A DNA stretch of 64,000 nucleotides from an uncultured Candidatus Binatia bacterium (GTDB taxonomy: Bacteria; Desulfobacterota; Binatia; Bin18). The notes under the pieces are model-generated. The model did not search any database. It had not been told where the DNA came from and saw only the letters and a program-made list of their open reading frames with translations. The stretch covers positions 224,001 to 288,000 of the forward strand of contig OZ241744.1 of the NCBI GenBank assembly GCA_965200965.1, in the 5' to 3' direction. The position numbers and the translations under genes were made by a program. Positions 20,733 to 30,675 of this stretch are shown here, one piece after another. Position 1 is the stretch's first letter, and the number at the start of each line of letters is the position of its first letter.

Positions 20733-20842
20733 GGTACCAGCGCTTCTTTCTCTCCTTGCGCCACTGCCAGAGCGGATGTCCGCGCCTCCACTCGGACACG
20801 CCAAGGTACCAGCGCTTCTTTCTCTCCTTGCGCCACTGCCAG
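20733..20842. repeat. Two identical 38-bp direct repeats separated by 34 bp
   Basis: GGTACCAGCGCTTCTTTCTCTCCTTGCGCCACTGCCAG at 20733-20770 and 20805-20842. Confidence 0.92.
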
Positions 20843-20862
20843 GGAGCCTGCAATTGTCCCCA

Positions 20863-22914
20863 TCACGCCTGCGGCCGAATCAAGATGTTGGCGTAGCGAT
20901 CAAACGCAGCCGTGAAGTGGGGCAGGACGACGGTGGTGGAGTCCATTTCGGTGACAATGGCCGGGCCGGTGATCCGGTTGCCGGGCTTGAGCTTGGCCCG
21001 ATCGTAGATCGGGGTGGGCAGAAAATCGTCGTCAAAATAAGTCCGCTGCTCGTCGGTCTGGGCGTGGGCCGCGTCCGGGCCGTCAATGGCCGCGGCGCTC
21101 AGGCTGAGGCGTGCCCCTTTGCCTAGGGCCACGGCCCGCAGGTTGACGATTTCGCAGGCCACGTCCAGCCGGAAGCGGTACAACTGTTCGTGCAGGGCGT
21201 GGAAGCGGTCGGCCAATATCCCGGTCCCGTGGGCGTGCAGGTCTTCGATCGTCATGGCAATTGGCAGCTCATAGCCCTGGCGGAAATAGCGCATGTCGGC
21301 GTTATAGAAGATGTCCTGCTGGGAGCGGGGGATGCCCTCACGCTCAAGCCAGCCGGCGGCCTCGTCGCCGAGTTCCTGGAGCATCTGTTCGACCTCGGTC
21401 GCCGGCAGTTGCTCCAGAGTCCGCAGCACGGTCCGGGCGAACTCTTCACGGTAGTCGGAGCACACGTCGCCGGTGGCGCACAACACCCCGGGTGCCGGCG
21501 GGATGATGACCGGGAAGGTGCCGATCAGGCTGGCCACGGCGTTAGCGTGTAGCGGGCCGGCCCCGCCAAACGCCACCAGGGCAAAATCGCGCGGGTCATA
21601 CCCGCGCTGGACCGAGACCAGCCGCAGCGCGCCGTGCATGTTCTCGTTGACAATATCTATAATGCCCTGGGCAGCTTGGTAGACATCCAGGCCGAGGCTG
21701 CGGCCCACGGTCTCGACCGCGGCCCGGGCCGCAGCTTCGTCCAGGCGCATTTCACCGCCCAGCAGTTGCGGCGGCAGATGGCCGAGCACGACATTGGCGT
21801 CGGTCACGGTTGGCTGGCTTCCGCCCCGGCCGTAGCAGGCCGGGCCCGGGTCGGCCCCGGCGCTCTGTGGGCCGACCCGCAGGGCTTGGGTAATCTCCGG
21901 CACATGGGCAATTGAGCCGCCGCCGGCCCCAATGCTGCGCACATCAACCGAGGGAACTTTGATCGGAAAATAGCCCAGGGTAGTCTCGCGGGCGATGGTC
22001 TGCGTCCCGTCCTGGCACAGGGCCACATCGGTTGAGGTGCCGCCCATGTCCAGGGTCAGGATATTGTCAAAGCCGGCCGTGGTGGCGGTGAACAGCGCCC
22101 CGGCAACCCCGCCGGCCGGACCGGACATGACAGCGTAGACCGGGCGTTCCTGGGCCATGCGCAGGGTCATCAGGCCGGCGTCAGAGCGCAGGATATTGAC
22201 CTCGGCGCGCAGGCCGTGGTCGTTCAACTGCTGGGCGAAGTTCCGCAGGTAGACCGCGACGCTGGGCCGGACATACGAGTTCATCACCGCGGTCAGCGCT
22301 CGCTCATACTCCCGGAACTCGGGCAGGACCTCAGACGAAGCGGTGACCGGCAGCTCGGGGAACATCTCCTGGGCAATGGTCTTGATCCGCTGCTCATGGG
22401 TCTGATTGGTGTAGGAGTTAATCAGCGAGACGGTCAGGGCCTCAATACCCTGGCCGACCAACTTGCGCAGCGTGTCGCGTAAGGCCGCCTCATCCAGCGC
22501 GGTGACGATGTGGCCGCGGGTATCGATCCGCTCCCTGGCCTCACGGGTGTATTCAATCGCCGCCGGCGGCTCGGGCTTCTGCATGATGATCCAGCCGGCC
22601 AGCGGGCCGGGCGTCCACGAGCGGGCCAAGTGCAGAATCTGGCGGAAGCCCTCGGTCGTAATCAGGCCGACCCGGGCACCCTTGCCCTCCAGGACCGCGT
22701 TGGTCGCTACCGTCGTACCATGCATGATGTGGCTGATCTGGGCCGCGGAGATATCGGCCGCTCGACACACCTTGTCAATCCCGGCCAGCACCCCGGCCGA
22801 CGGATCCGTCGGGGTTGACGGGGTCTTGGCCCGTACTTGGCGGCCGGTGTAGTGGTCAAAAAGCAGCAGGTCGGTGAAGGTGCCGCCAACATCAACGCCG
22901 AGGGTCACAGGCAT
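20863..22914 (-). CDS. Hydantoinase A/oxoprolinase family subunit (ATP-binding)
   Basis: GVDVGGTFTD, HGTTVATN, SGPAGG, DMGGTSTD, GAGGGSIA, FGGAGPLH. Confidence 0.94.
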   Translation of the reverse strand: MPVTLGVDVGGTFTDLLLFDHYTGRQVRAKTPSTPTDPSAGVLAGIDKVCRAADISAAQISHIMHGTTVATNAVLEGKGARVGLITTEGFRQILHLARSWTPGPLAGWIIMQKPEPPAAIEYTREARERIDTRGHIVTALDEAALRDTLRKLVGQGIEALTVSLINSYTNQTHEQRIKTIAQEMFPELPVTASSEVLPEFREYERALTAVMNSYVRPSVAVYLRNFAQQLNDHGLRAEVNILRSDAGLMTLRMAQERPVYAVMSGPAGGVAGALFTATTAGFDNILTLDMGGTSTDVALCQDGTQTIARETTLGYFPIKVPSVDVRSIGAGGGSIAHVPEITQALRVGPQSAGADPGPACYGRGGSQPTVTDANVVLGHLPPQLLGGEMRLDEAAARAAVETVGRSLGLDVYQAAQGIIDIVNENMHGALRLVSVQRGYDPRDFALVAFGGAGPLHANAVASLIGTFPVIIPPAPGVLCATGDVCSDYREEFARTVLRTLEQLPATEVEQMLQELGDEAAGWLEREGIPRSQQDIFYNADMRYFRQGYELPIAMTIEDLHAHGTGILADRFHALHEQLYRFRLDVACEIVNLRAVALGKGARLSLSAAAIDGPDAAHAQTDEQRTYFDDDFLPTPIYDRAKLKPGNRITGPAIVTEMDSTTVVLPHFTAAFDRYANILIRPQA

Positions 22915-23117
22915 GGGAGAATCCGGAAAGCGCAAAACTGGTCTGGCATCGCATTCCCTTGCGTCGCACCAGACATGCGCTTATAGCCTGTCCGGCCGGG
23001 AAGAACAATGCGGAGGAGGCCGCGACAGAGTGCCCCTGATGACGGAAGGGCGGGCATGTGCTAGCCAGACAGGGCGAGCTGTGCGCCACCCCTATCTTGC
23101 TCAGAGGAGGACAGCGT

Positions 23118-24332
23118 ATGAAATTCAATCTGTTCCTGCTGCCGACTATCCCGGCCACATTTGAAGAGCGTGAGAAACTCCGGCCGATCGGGCGCAATAA
23201 CGACAAATATCAGGACCTCCTCAAAGAGGTCCGGGATATTGCCCGGATGGCCGAAGACCTGGGCTTTGACGCACTGTCCACCACCGAGCACCATTTTCAC
23301 TCAGAGGGCTATGAAGCCTCAATTGCCCCGCTGCTGCTGTACACTGACTTGGCCGCCCGGACCGAGCGCATCAAGTTTGCCTCGCTGGGACTTGTCCTGC
23401 CGACCTGGGACCCGATTCGGGTGGCCGAAGAGATTGCGGTCCTGGATCACCTGACCAAGGGCCGCTTTGTGGCCGGTTTTGCCCGGGGCTATCAGGACCG
23501 CTGGACGAATGTGCTCGGCCAGCACTATCACGTCACTGGCGCGCCGATGGATGGCTCGGAGGTTGATGCCCACAACAGAGCGGTCTTTGAAGAGGTCTTC
23601 AAGATCATGAAGATGGCCTGGACCCAGGAGTCGATCCGCTTCAAGACCAAGTATTACGAGGTCCCGGCCCCCTACGAACACGGCATCCAGCGTTGGCCAG
23701 TAGCCAAAAACTGGACCGCCAAATATGGGGCTGAGGGCGAGGTGGATGAGCATGGGGTGGTGCAGCGCATCTGTGTTGTGCCCAAGCCCTACACCCAGCC
23801 CCACCCGCCGATCTGGCAGCCCTTCTCGGTCAGCGAAAAAACGATCCGCTGGTGCGCGGCCGAGCATATCGTGCCCTGGATTCTGATTGCCCACCCGCCG
23901 TCGTTCCGCGATCTGTGCGAAGCCTACCGCGACGAAGCGGCCAAGGCCGGCCGTCAACTGGCCCTCGGCGAGAGCGTAGGGGCTTTCCGCTCGGTCCATC
24001 TCGGCGATTCCTACACCGAGGCCTACTCTTTGGGCGCGGCCTGTCAGGGGGCCGGCTTTATTGAGTATTTCTCCGGGTTCGGTTTCTTTGAAGCCTACCG
24101 CTTCCCCGGCGAGACGACCCCGGTGCCCACCACCTTTGAGCGCATGGTTGAGTCCAAGTACGCTCTGGTCGGCACGGTAGACACCGTCAAGCGTGAGCTT
24201 GAGGCCCTGTACAAGAACAGCAAGGTGGAGTGGTTCGGCTGGTTCTTTGACCAGGGCCTGATGCCCTGGGACGAGACCAAGCGTCAGTTGGAGATTTTCG
24301 GCAAGGAGATTCTGCCCGAGTTCAGGGACTAA
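23118..24332 (+). CDS. Luciferase-like (LLM) flavin-dependent oxidoreductase
   Basis: AEDLGFD, TEHHF, PIRVAEEIAVLDHLTKGR, PKPYTQPHPPIW; GGAGG RBS. Confidence 0.92.
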   Translation: MKFNLFLLPTIPATFEEREKLRPIGRNNDKYQDLLKEVRDIARMAEDLGFDALSTTEHHFHSEGYEASIAPLLLYTDLAARTERIKFASLGLVLPTWDPIRVAEEIAVLDHLTKGRFVAGFARGYQDRWTNVLGQHYHVTGAPMDGSEVDAHNRAVFEEVFKIMKMAWTQESIRFKTKYYEVPAPYEHGIQRWPVAKNWTAKYGAEGEVDEHGVVQRICVVPKPYTQPHPPIWQPFSVSEKTIRWCAAEHIVPWILIAHPPSFRDLCEAYRDEAAKAGRQLALGESVGAFRSVHLGDSYTEAYSLGAACQGAGFIEYFSGFGFFEAYRFPGETTPVPTTFERMVESKYALVGTVDTVKRELEALYKNSKVEWFGWFFDQGLMPWDETKRQLEIFGKEILPEFRD

Positions 24333-24371
24333 GATCAGTTGGTCAGGCTTCCTGTCCCAGCAGGCAGAGGG

Positions 24372-25313
24372 CTAACGCCGCGTAATTTTAGGACCGACAT
24401 ATACAACATACAGTGGTCCGTCCGCAGTGACGGGCCACGAAAAATGAATGCGGAGCGGGGGACGACGGGAATTGACCTTCCCGTGCCAAGGGCAGAACAA
24501 AGACTTAAATGTCAGTTCTCTTCGGAAATCATTCTTCTCGGTTTCCGATGAATCAGAAAACCACGCTCTTTCTCCGGTGAAGTATTCTTCGTAGAGCCTA
24601 TGTCCTTCACTGGTGCGATTCCCCTCTGCATCAAAGCACATCTTGAGATGGTCTAGCGTCTGGAGACGGTCGAGTATGTCTTGGGCGGCTTTACGGACGA
24701 AGGGGTGTCCCTGAAGGCGCTCAAAGCAATCTGAGCAAAACACTAGTCTCGTACAGCGAGCCTTTGACACGTCCGCCAACATGGCCCACGACGTGATTGG
24801 AGCGGGGGCGGCATATAAGGCGGCTTCCAGTGCATCGGCGTCCCGATAGTTGGCGACTTTGACCGTCTCCGCTTCTTCGTCGCTCCTCCACCATTTCACC
24901 ACGGCAGGGGAGAAGTCCCACGAAGACGGAATCAGACTCACCAGACTGGTTTTGATCCCGTCCAGGCAGCGATATGCCGCCTCTCCGACAGCGGTGTCAG
25001 TAACGACTGTTCCGTTGCATTCGAGGTATTGATCGGGGCTATGCCTCAGCTGGTCATCGTCCCAGAACGGCCCGCGGCGGGTCCACCACGACATCACGGA
25101 GCGTTGTTCATCTCTGGTCAAGTGCTGAATCGCCCGCGACAGCGGCATTTCTGGGGCTACCTGAACGGTCGAGAGCGTTCTGTGACAATAGAGTTCGCTC
25201 CCATACCGTTGCGCCGTTTTGCGGATAACCATAACCCGTTTAAGCGCAGTGCAGAACTCGTCAAGATCGTGAAACTGTCCGTGGATTGACAGATCGTTGA
25301 CCAGGAGTTCCAC
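24372..25313 (-). CDS. Putative defence effector (Menshen NsnC-like; RelE-like C-terminus inferred)
   Basis: GTG overlaps the stop of the upstream ATPase; C-terminal WHGK...LRIHFSW...LYVVYVG; third gene of the DUF262/DUF3696 triplet. Confidence 0.6.
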   Translation of the reverse strand: MELLVNDLSIHGQFHDLDEFCTALKRVMVIRKTAQRYGSELYCHRTLSTVQVAPEMPLSRAIQHLTRDEQRSVMSWWTRRGPFWDDDQLRHSPDQYLECNGTVVTDTAVGEAAYRCLDGIKTSLVSLIPSSWDFSPAVVKWWRSDEEAETVKVANYRDADALEAALYAAPAPITSWAMLADVSKARCTRLVFCSDCFERLQGHPFVRKAAQDILDRLQTLDHLKMCFDAEGNRTSEGHRLYEEYFTGERAWFSDSSETEKNDFRRELTFKSLFCPWHGKVNSRRPPLRIHFSWPVTADGPLYVVYVGPKITRR

Positions 25314-26446
25314 TATGAATCCCACCCCGCGAAGTAGGTCATATCCTTGTCGAACTGATCGAAGAACCCCTGCGGCCAAGGGTCAATGTTGCCTGTTCTA
25401 TCCAGGAAGGGGCTCACCACTTGCGGGCCATCGTCTTCCCGCGATTGAAAGAAATGAATCGAAACCTGCTCGGCTGGCAACCGGCCCGCTTTGACCGCAC
25501 GCCGAATGCCGTTCAGTATATGGTCGCTGTGGGTTTCCAGAATGACTTGGACCCCCGCTTGGGCGACATCTGCCAAAAACTGTCCCATTAGTGCTTGTCC
25601 GGCAGGATGGAGATGGACCTCCGGGTTTTCGATCAGCAGGATGCCCTCGCGGTTTATCGACAGAGCCGCAACTACGATAGGCAAAACCTGGGTAAGCCCG
25701 AATCCTGTATGGGCAGGACGGTGGAAGTCGGTCTCGTTGGAAGTGCGAATCCCCAGTGTAACAGCGTTCGCGTGAGGGACGGGAGTGAGCTCCAGGCGAC
25801 ATCCGGGGAAGAACATCTGCATCCGCGCCTCCACTTGTCGAAGCAGTCCTCTGTTCGGAACATCCGGTAATGCAAGCGTTTCGCAGATGTGTTCGTCGCG
25901 TTTGGAATACAAGACGCTTACCGCCCGTTCTCCAGACGCTCCCACCACCGGCGTAACCCGCAAATCGTCCATTTTGTACACCTCCCGTGGGCCAAGCCTC
26001 TCCGCTGTGAGATAGGTCAGATTTCTCAGACGCTCGGCTAGAGAAGGTGGCGTATCGGACGGAAGCAGGTAATGAAGCTGTGTCGGAGCATCTGTTTTCT
26101 GGCTGGCCGTGACTACGCGCTTGACGGCCATAGACATTTCTGAACGCTCGCCCATGAAGAGCCATTGATAGGGGGTCTCTCCGTCCACTAAGCCGATCTC
26201 GCAACTCTGCCGACCGTGTACTTGGTCCACGATATCGGATACGGCACCGAGTTGAACGGCCTCGCCGTTAAGGATGAGGCGTAGTGACCATTCGCGGTCA
26301 CGCATTGTCTGGTGCAGCAAGACAACAGCCTGAAGTACCGAAGATTTTCCCGAGGCGTTAGTGCCTGACAACAAGGTCAACGGAGACAAGGGAAGATGAA
26401 GCCGTTCGAAACATTTGAAATGTCGCAAGTCAAGCTGGGTAAGCAC
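25313..26446 (-). CDS. ABC/AAA_21 ATPase with DUF3696 (Menshen NsnB-like)
   Basis: FKCF, GTNASGKS Walker A, GFGLTQVLP signature, IENPEVHLHP, ETHSDH, WPQGFFDQ. Confidence 0.88.
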   Translation of the reverse strand: MLTQLDLRHFKCFERLHLPLSPLTLLSGTNASGKSSVLQAVVLLHQTMRDREWSLRLILNGEAVQLGAVSDIVDQVHGRQSCEIGLVDGETPYQWLFMGERSEMSMAVKRVVTASQKTDAPTQLHYLLPSDTPPSLAERLRNLTYLTAERLGPREVYKMDDLRVTPVVGASGERAVSVLYSKRDEHICETLALPDVPNRGLLRQVEARMQMFFPGCRLELTPVPHANAVTLGIRTSNETDFHRPAHTGFGLTQVLPIVVAALSINREGILLIENPEVHLHPAGQALMGQFLADVAQAGVQVILETHSDHILNGIRRAVKAGRLPAEQVSIHFFQSREDDGPQVVSPFLDRTGNIDPWPQGFFDQFDKDMTYFAGWDS

Positions 26447-27539
26447 CAAACACCCCCTTGAACATCGCAGTGGCGGTGGAAAACCGGGACCGAACTTGCC
26501 GAGAAGAATTTGGGCCATATGTGATGGCTTTTACAAACTCCTCGTGGTCGTCCATCAGCGAGTAGAATGCGTTTCTGAGGGCCTCTGCGTGAGACTTGAC
26601 TATCTCTTCCGGGTATCGTGACAACCCGGTTGACATCACGTCCCAAAGCGAGGCGTTCAGAACACTCCGTTTATCTTGTCTGTTTTGGTGTTTCCTGAAC
26701 GCATGACGGTCGAAGATTTCGTAGTTATTTGCGAGACTTCTCCGAAACTCATCCGACAGGTGCGACAGAGCACTCTGATTCAGAGTGTTCATTTTCTTGA
26801 GCGCTTGCGCGAGAAAATCGTCCATGTCCCCTTTGTATTCTTCGACAGGAAGGAGCTGGAATGCACAAAATCTGTTGACGAATTCACGGTCACGCATCGT
26901 TTGTCTGTTCAGGCTACGGCCTGTAGCTTGCGAGAAAATTTCTGTGGTCGTCTCGGTTTTGAGGAAACGAGTCGCCTGACCCATGTACAGGCTATTACGC
27001 ATTTGCTGCCGGCTAAGGGGAATTCCACCGTTCACACGCTCAAAAATGTCCAAGCGGGCCCGGTCCGGTACCTTGGCATCCATAATGTAGAAGATCAGAT
27101 TGCAATCCTCGATACGGTTTTGGAGCCTGGGCGATAGATCACGAAATTGCTTGTTGTTTAGTTCATTCTTGCTAGGAATTGATAGGCGTAACTCGTCATC
27201 GACGAAGCGCTTGAAGGTGAACAGGCGTTGTAAACCGTCTACGACTACCATTCGCCCTTGGTCGTCCTCTGCCAAATAGAAAACCGGCAGGGGAATACGC
27301 ATCAACACGGACTCAATGAGCTTGATCTGTTTGTCTTCCGGCCAGATAAAGTCTCGTTGAAATTCCGGGTCCATGATGTAAGCGCCTTGCCCAATTCTTC
27401 GCATAACATCGTAAATTGTGCGATTTTCCTGACGGATTAACACCGTGTCTATCGGATAATCGGAGTCCTCCGGCGAAACGTCATCCTTATCGCCAAGACC
27501 CTCGGGTTCCTCTGGAGTAATATCGGGTTGTTCAGTCAT
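26430..27539 (-). CDS. DUF262 (ParB/GmrS-like) protein (Menshen NsnA-like)
   Basis: PEFQRDFIW, LIESVLMRIPLP, VDGLQRL, IFERVNGG. Confidence 0.9.
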   Translation of the reverse strand: MTEQPDITPEEPEGLGDKDDVSPEDSDYPIDTVLIRQENRTIYDVMRRIGQGAYIMDPEFQRDFIWPEDKQIKLIESVLMRIPLPVFYLAEDDQGRMVVVDGLQRLFTFKRFVDDELRLSIPSKNELNNKQFRDLSPRLQNRIEDCNLIFYIMDAKVPDRARLDIFERVNGGIPLSRQQMRNSLYMGQATRFLKTETTTEIFSQATGRSLNRQTMRDREFVNRFCAFQLLPVEEYKGDMDDFLAQALKKMNTLNQSALSHLSDEFRRSLANNYEIFDRHAFRKHQNRQDKRSVLNASLWDVMSTGLSRYPEEIVKSHAEALRNAFYSLMDDHEEFVKAITYGPNSSRQVRSRFSTATAMFKGVFGAYPA

Positions 27540-27592
27540 TTTTCGGTCCTTTCTCGAGCTTCCTGCATAATAGATGCCTTTGGATTCTCCCG

Positions 27593-28069
27593 CTACCCCT
27601 GCCACCGATTCCTCTTCTCCGTCATAGCAGCTTCCATATGATGGGCTTTGCGTAAGGCTGGCAGTATCGGTCCCGGGTTGGCCACGATCGCGCCACCCGG
27701 GGTTGCAGGCGACCCCGGCAGCCCGCTGCCAGCCTCCTCACGCAGGCGCTCAATCAGGCTGACCGCCTGTGCGGTGCGACCGTTGGCCAGCAGGGCCAGG
27801 GCGAGCAAACGTAAGCCGCGCGGGGTGGCCTGAAGCTGACAGGCAGCCTCGGCCCAGGCCAGGGCTTCGGCAGCCCGGTCTCCGTCACACAGGGCTTGGC
27901 GTGCCTGTTCACGGAACTGCCAGGCTCGTGCCGCCAAGCGCATGAGCGGGTCCAGATCGGTCCCACACCGGGCGCAGACAGCCGTCCCGCGCCACGCCGC
28001 CCGGCAGGTCGGGCAGTGCGCCTCTGGCAGTGATGAACGCTGAACAGGTGAGGGCGTGGGGTCTGACAT
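27593..28069 (-). CDS. Zinc-ribbon plus TPR-like small protein
   Basis: CPTC..CARCGTDL followed by Ala/Leu-rich helical repeats. Confidence 0.72.
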   Translation of the reverse strand: MSDPTPSPVQRSSLPEAHCPTCRAAWRGTAVCARCGTDLDPLMRLAARAWQFREQARQALCDGDRAAEALAWAEAACQLQATPRGLRLLALALLANGRTAQAVSLIERLREEAGSGLPGSPATPGGAIVANPGPILPALRKAHHMEAAMTEKRNRWQG

Positions 28070-28076
28070 GACGGGG

Positions 28077-29945
28077 CTAGGCTTCTTCAACATAAAACAC
28101 CAGATCGGTGAGCTGGACGGTGGCCATGTGGAGGTGATTCCAATCCTGCATCCTCAGCGCCTCCTCAATCTGTTGGTGCAGCCCGAGCGCCTCGTGTCGG
28201 TCTTCGGGCGTCATGCTGTCCAGCAGCCGACGGCTGCGCTCTAACAGGCGGCCGGCGGCAAACACCTGTTGGCGCAGCGCTTGGTTTTCGTGGTCCTGGG
28301 CGGTTTCTGGAAACGGGAACGATGGTCTTGTTTGGCCTTGGTGGTTATTATCGTTCGCCTGTGTCGCCGGCTCAGTCTGGCCGGAAGGCGTCCCCTCCTG
28401 CTCGAAGGCTTCGACCGCAGCGGCGCGGTCTTGGGCTAAGACCGCGTGCATACGCTGGCGGGCCCGGGCCAGCTCTTCGGCCGACATGGCGGTCGTCGCA
28501 CCCTCAATCGTAATGTGCCGGGCCAAGCCGGTGCGCTTCTCAATCGCGGTGACTTTCAGAATCCCGTCCAGATCAAGCTCCATACGACACAGCACCTCAT
28601 TGCCGGCCGGCACGCGGGACAGCCCTTCCATGCAGAAGCGACCGACCAAAATGTTGTTTAAGGCGTCCGGGTCGTCGCCCTGATAGACCGACACCTGCCA
28701 GTCAGTTTGCTCGTCAAGCATCGTGTGATAGGAGTCGGTGCGGCTGACCGGCAGGGGAGTGTTGCGCCGGATAATCGGGTGGTAGCAGTGTTCATACGGC
28801 CGGCCGTCAAGCACACCGAGGTGCGACGGACCAAAAGAGTAGGGCGAGATATCGACCAGAATCCGATCTATATTGTGGCCGGCGAGGCGGGCACCTAACA
28901 CACCAGCCCCAAAGGCGACACACAGCTCGGGCTGGAGGTCCTGGTGGGGGACGAGGCCGGTCTTGTCCTCGATCAGCTGGGCTGCCAGCGGCGTGCGGCT
29001 CGCGCCACCGACGAGCAGCACCTCGTCAATCTGCTCTGGCTGCTTCCCCGCGTCGCTCAGCGCCCGGTACACGCTGTCCAGGGTGGTTTCCAGCAGAGGC
29101 TGGATCAGCCCTTCGTACTCCGCCCGGGAAATTTCCACATCAAGGTGGACCGGGACGCCGTTGCGTTCGGCCAGGTGCTCTTCCCGAATGTAGGCGTAGG
29201 GCGCAAAGCTCAGGCGTTGTTTGGCCTCCTCAACCGTATACAACAGGCGGGTCATGGCGGTGGGGTCGGCTCGCAGGTCTGGGCCGCCCGACTCGACAAA
29301 CCGGTCGTGGACCCAGTCCAACAAGCGCTGGTCAAAATCATCGCCACCCAGATGGTTGTTGCCGTGGGTGGCGATGACCTCGGTGATCTCGTCCTGGACC
29401 TGAACCAGAGACACATCAAACGTCCCGCCGCCCAAGTCATAAATCAGGACCGTGCGGTCTCCCCGCCGGTCGGTGCCATAGGCCAGGGCTGCGGCGGTCG
29501 GTTCATTCAGGAGGCGGACGACATCGAGACCGGCGATGTGGCCGGCGTCGCGGGTGGCCTGGCGTTGAGCGTCGGAGAAATAGGCCGGCACGGTGATAAC
29601 CGCCCGGGAGAGTGACCGGCCCAGGACTGTCTCGGCGCGTGTTTTGAGGCCGTGCAGGATCAGGGCTGAGATTTCCGGCGGGGTATAGCTGTGCTGGCCC
29701 AGTACGAGTAGTTGGGTGGAGCCCATCAGGCGTTTGACCGATTTCACCGTCCGGTCTGGATAGAGGGGGTATTGATTCCGGGCCGGGCTGCCGACCAGGA
29801 CCCGGTTGTCTGGGGCGAGGCCGACGACTGAGGGCATGATCCGCTCGCCATTGACGGCCAACACCTGGACCTTGTCGCCGACAATGGCCGCGACCTCGGA
29901 GTTGGTCGTGCCCAGGTCAATGCCGAGGATAATGTCGTGTGTCAT
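28077..29945 (-). CDS. Specialised Hsp70-family chaperone (not housekeeping DnaK)
   Basis: GIDLGTTNS, TVPAYF, EPTAAA, YDLGGGTFD, LVGGASRTP, linker ILVDI, substrate-binding domain. Confidence 0.93.
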   Translation of the reverse strand: MTHDIILGIDLGTTNSEVAAIVGDKVQVLAVNGERIMPSVVGLAPDNRVLVGSPARNQYPLYPDRTVKSVKRLMGSTQLLVLGQHSYTPPEISALILHGLKTRAETVLGRSLSRAVITVPAYFSDAQRQATRDAGHIAGLDVVRLLNEPTAAALAYGTDRRGDRTVLIYDLGGGTFDVSLVQVQDEITEVIATHGNNHLGGDDFDQRLLDWVHDRFVESGGPDLRADPTAMTRLLYTVEEAKQRLSFAPYAYIREEHLAERNGVPVHLDVEISRAEYEGLIQPLLETTLDSVYRALSDAGKQPEQIDEVLLVGGASRTPLAAQLIEDKTGLVPHQDLQPELCVAFGAGVLGARLAGHNIDRILVDISPYSFGPSHLGVLDGRPYEHCYHPIIRRNTPLPVSRTDSYHTMLDEQTDWQVSVYQGDDPDALNNILVGRFCMEGLSRVPAGNEVLCRMELDLDGILKVTAIEKRTGLARHITIEGATTAMSAEELARARQRMHAVLAQDRAAAVEAFEQEGTPSGQTEPATQANDNNHQGQTRPSFPFPETAQDHENQALRQQVFAAGRLLERSRRLLDSMTPEDRHEALGLHQQIEEALRMQDWNHLHMATVQLTDLVFYVEEA

Positions 29946-30675
29946 AGTCCTTGTCAGCGTCTTTCTCCGCGGTTTCTCCTGTCCCACTCCTCGCGACCTG
30001 GACCTCGGCAAAACGCAGGACTTGGCCGTTACAGGTGTAGCCGGGACGGATGACTGTGAGCACCGTGCCGGAGGCTGCGGCGGTAGTGTGACTGACCGCG
30101 GCCACCCGCATCAGATTAGGATTGAACGCCGCGTTGAGACACCTGATCTCGTACACATCCAGCCGTCGCAGCAGATCGTCGAGCCGTTCCTGGGCCAGCT
30201 GTGTGCCTTTGACGAGGGCTTCAAGCACCGGACGTTGGCCGAGCCGGGCGCGCAGCCCGCGGAGGCTGGCGAGCCGCCGCTCGGCCTCGGCCAGATTGCG
30301 GCTCAGGTGGTCGCGGACCTCAAGCAATTCGGAGACGAGTTCGGTACGCGCCTCGCGCCGTGCCCGGCCCAGTTGGCGGACCAAGTCCTGGCCGGCGGCC
30401 GCCGGCTCGCCGTGGGTGGTCGGCCCGGTCAGTCTGTCCAGGGCTTGGCCGAGTTCGGCGTGTAGCCGGTTGGTAGCCCGGCCTTGCAGTTGGGTTTCGC
30501 GGGTCAGCGCGCTTAACTGTCCGAGCACGGAAAACAGGTCGGGGGCTGGATCAGGCGAGGCCATACTGTCGGGGGCCAAGCCCGGGGGGGCTGGCTCTGC
30601 CCGGTCGAGCTCGTCAAGCCAGGCGTGAACGGTTTCAATGAGGCGCTGGCGACGGTCTGGAGCGCATCCGCTCAT
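29917..30675 (-). CDS. GrpE-like nucleotide exchange factor
   Basis: Coiled coil, then FNPNLM..V...GTVLTVIRPGY..NGQVLRFAEVQV; ATGA overlap with the upstream gene. Confidence 0.82.
   Translation of the reverse strand: MSGCAPDRRQRLIETVHAWLDELDRAEPAPPGLAPDSMASPDPAPDLFSVLGQLSALTRETQLQGRATNRLHAELGQALDRLTGPTTHGEPAAAGQDLVRQLGRARREARTELVSELLEVRDHLSRNLAEAERRLASLRGLRARLGQRPVLEALVKGTQLAQERLDDLLRRLDVYEIRCLNAAFNPNLMRVAAVSHTTAAASGTVLTVIRPGYTCNGQVLRFAEVQVARSGTGETAEKDADKDYDTRHYPRH

Noticed and set aside
20733-20842. CRISPR array
   Set aside because: Only two repeats, no typical repeat terminus, no AT-rich leader and no cas genes in the window; kept only as an unexplained repeat.
15184-22914. Call as acetone carboxylase acxABC
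   Set aside because: No gamma subunit is present and the motifs support only family-level assignment.
28077-30675. Housekeeping dnaK-grpE-dnaJ operon
   Set aside because: No hrcA or zinc-finger DnaJ; the Hsp70 and GrpE are divergent and have atypical partners.
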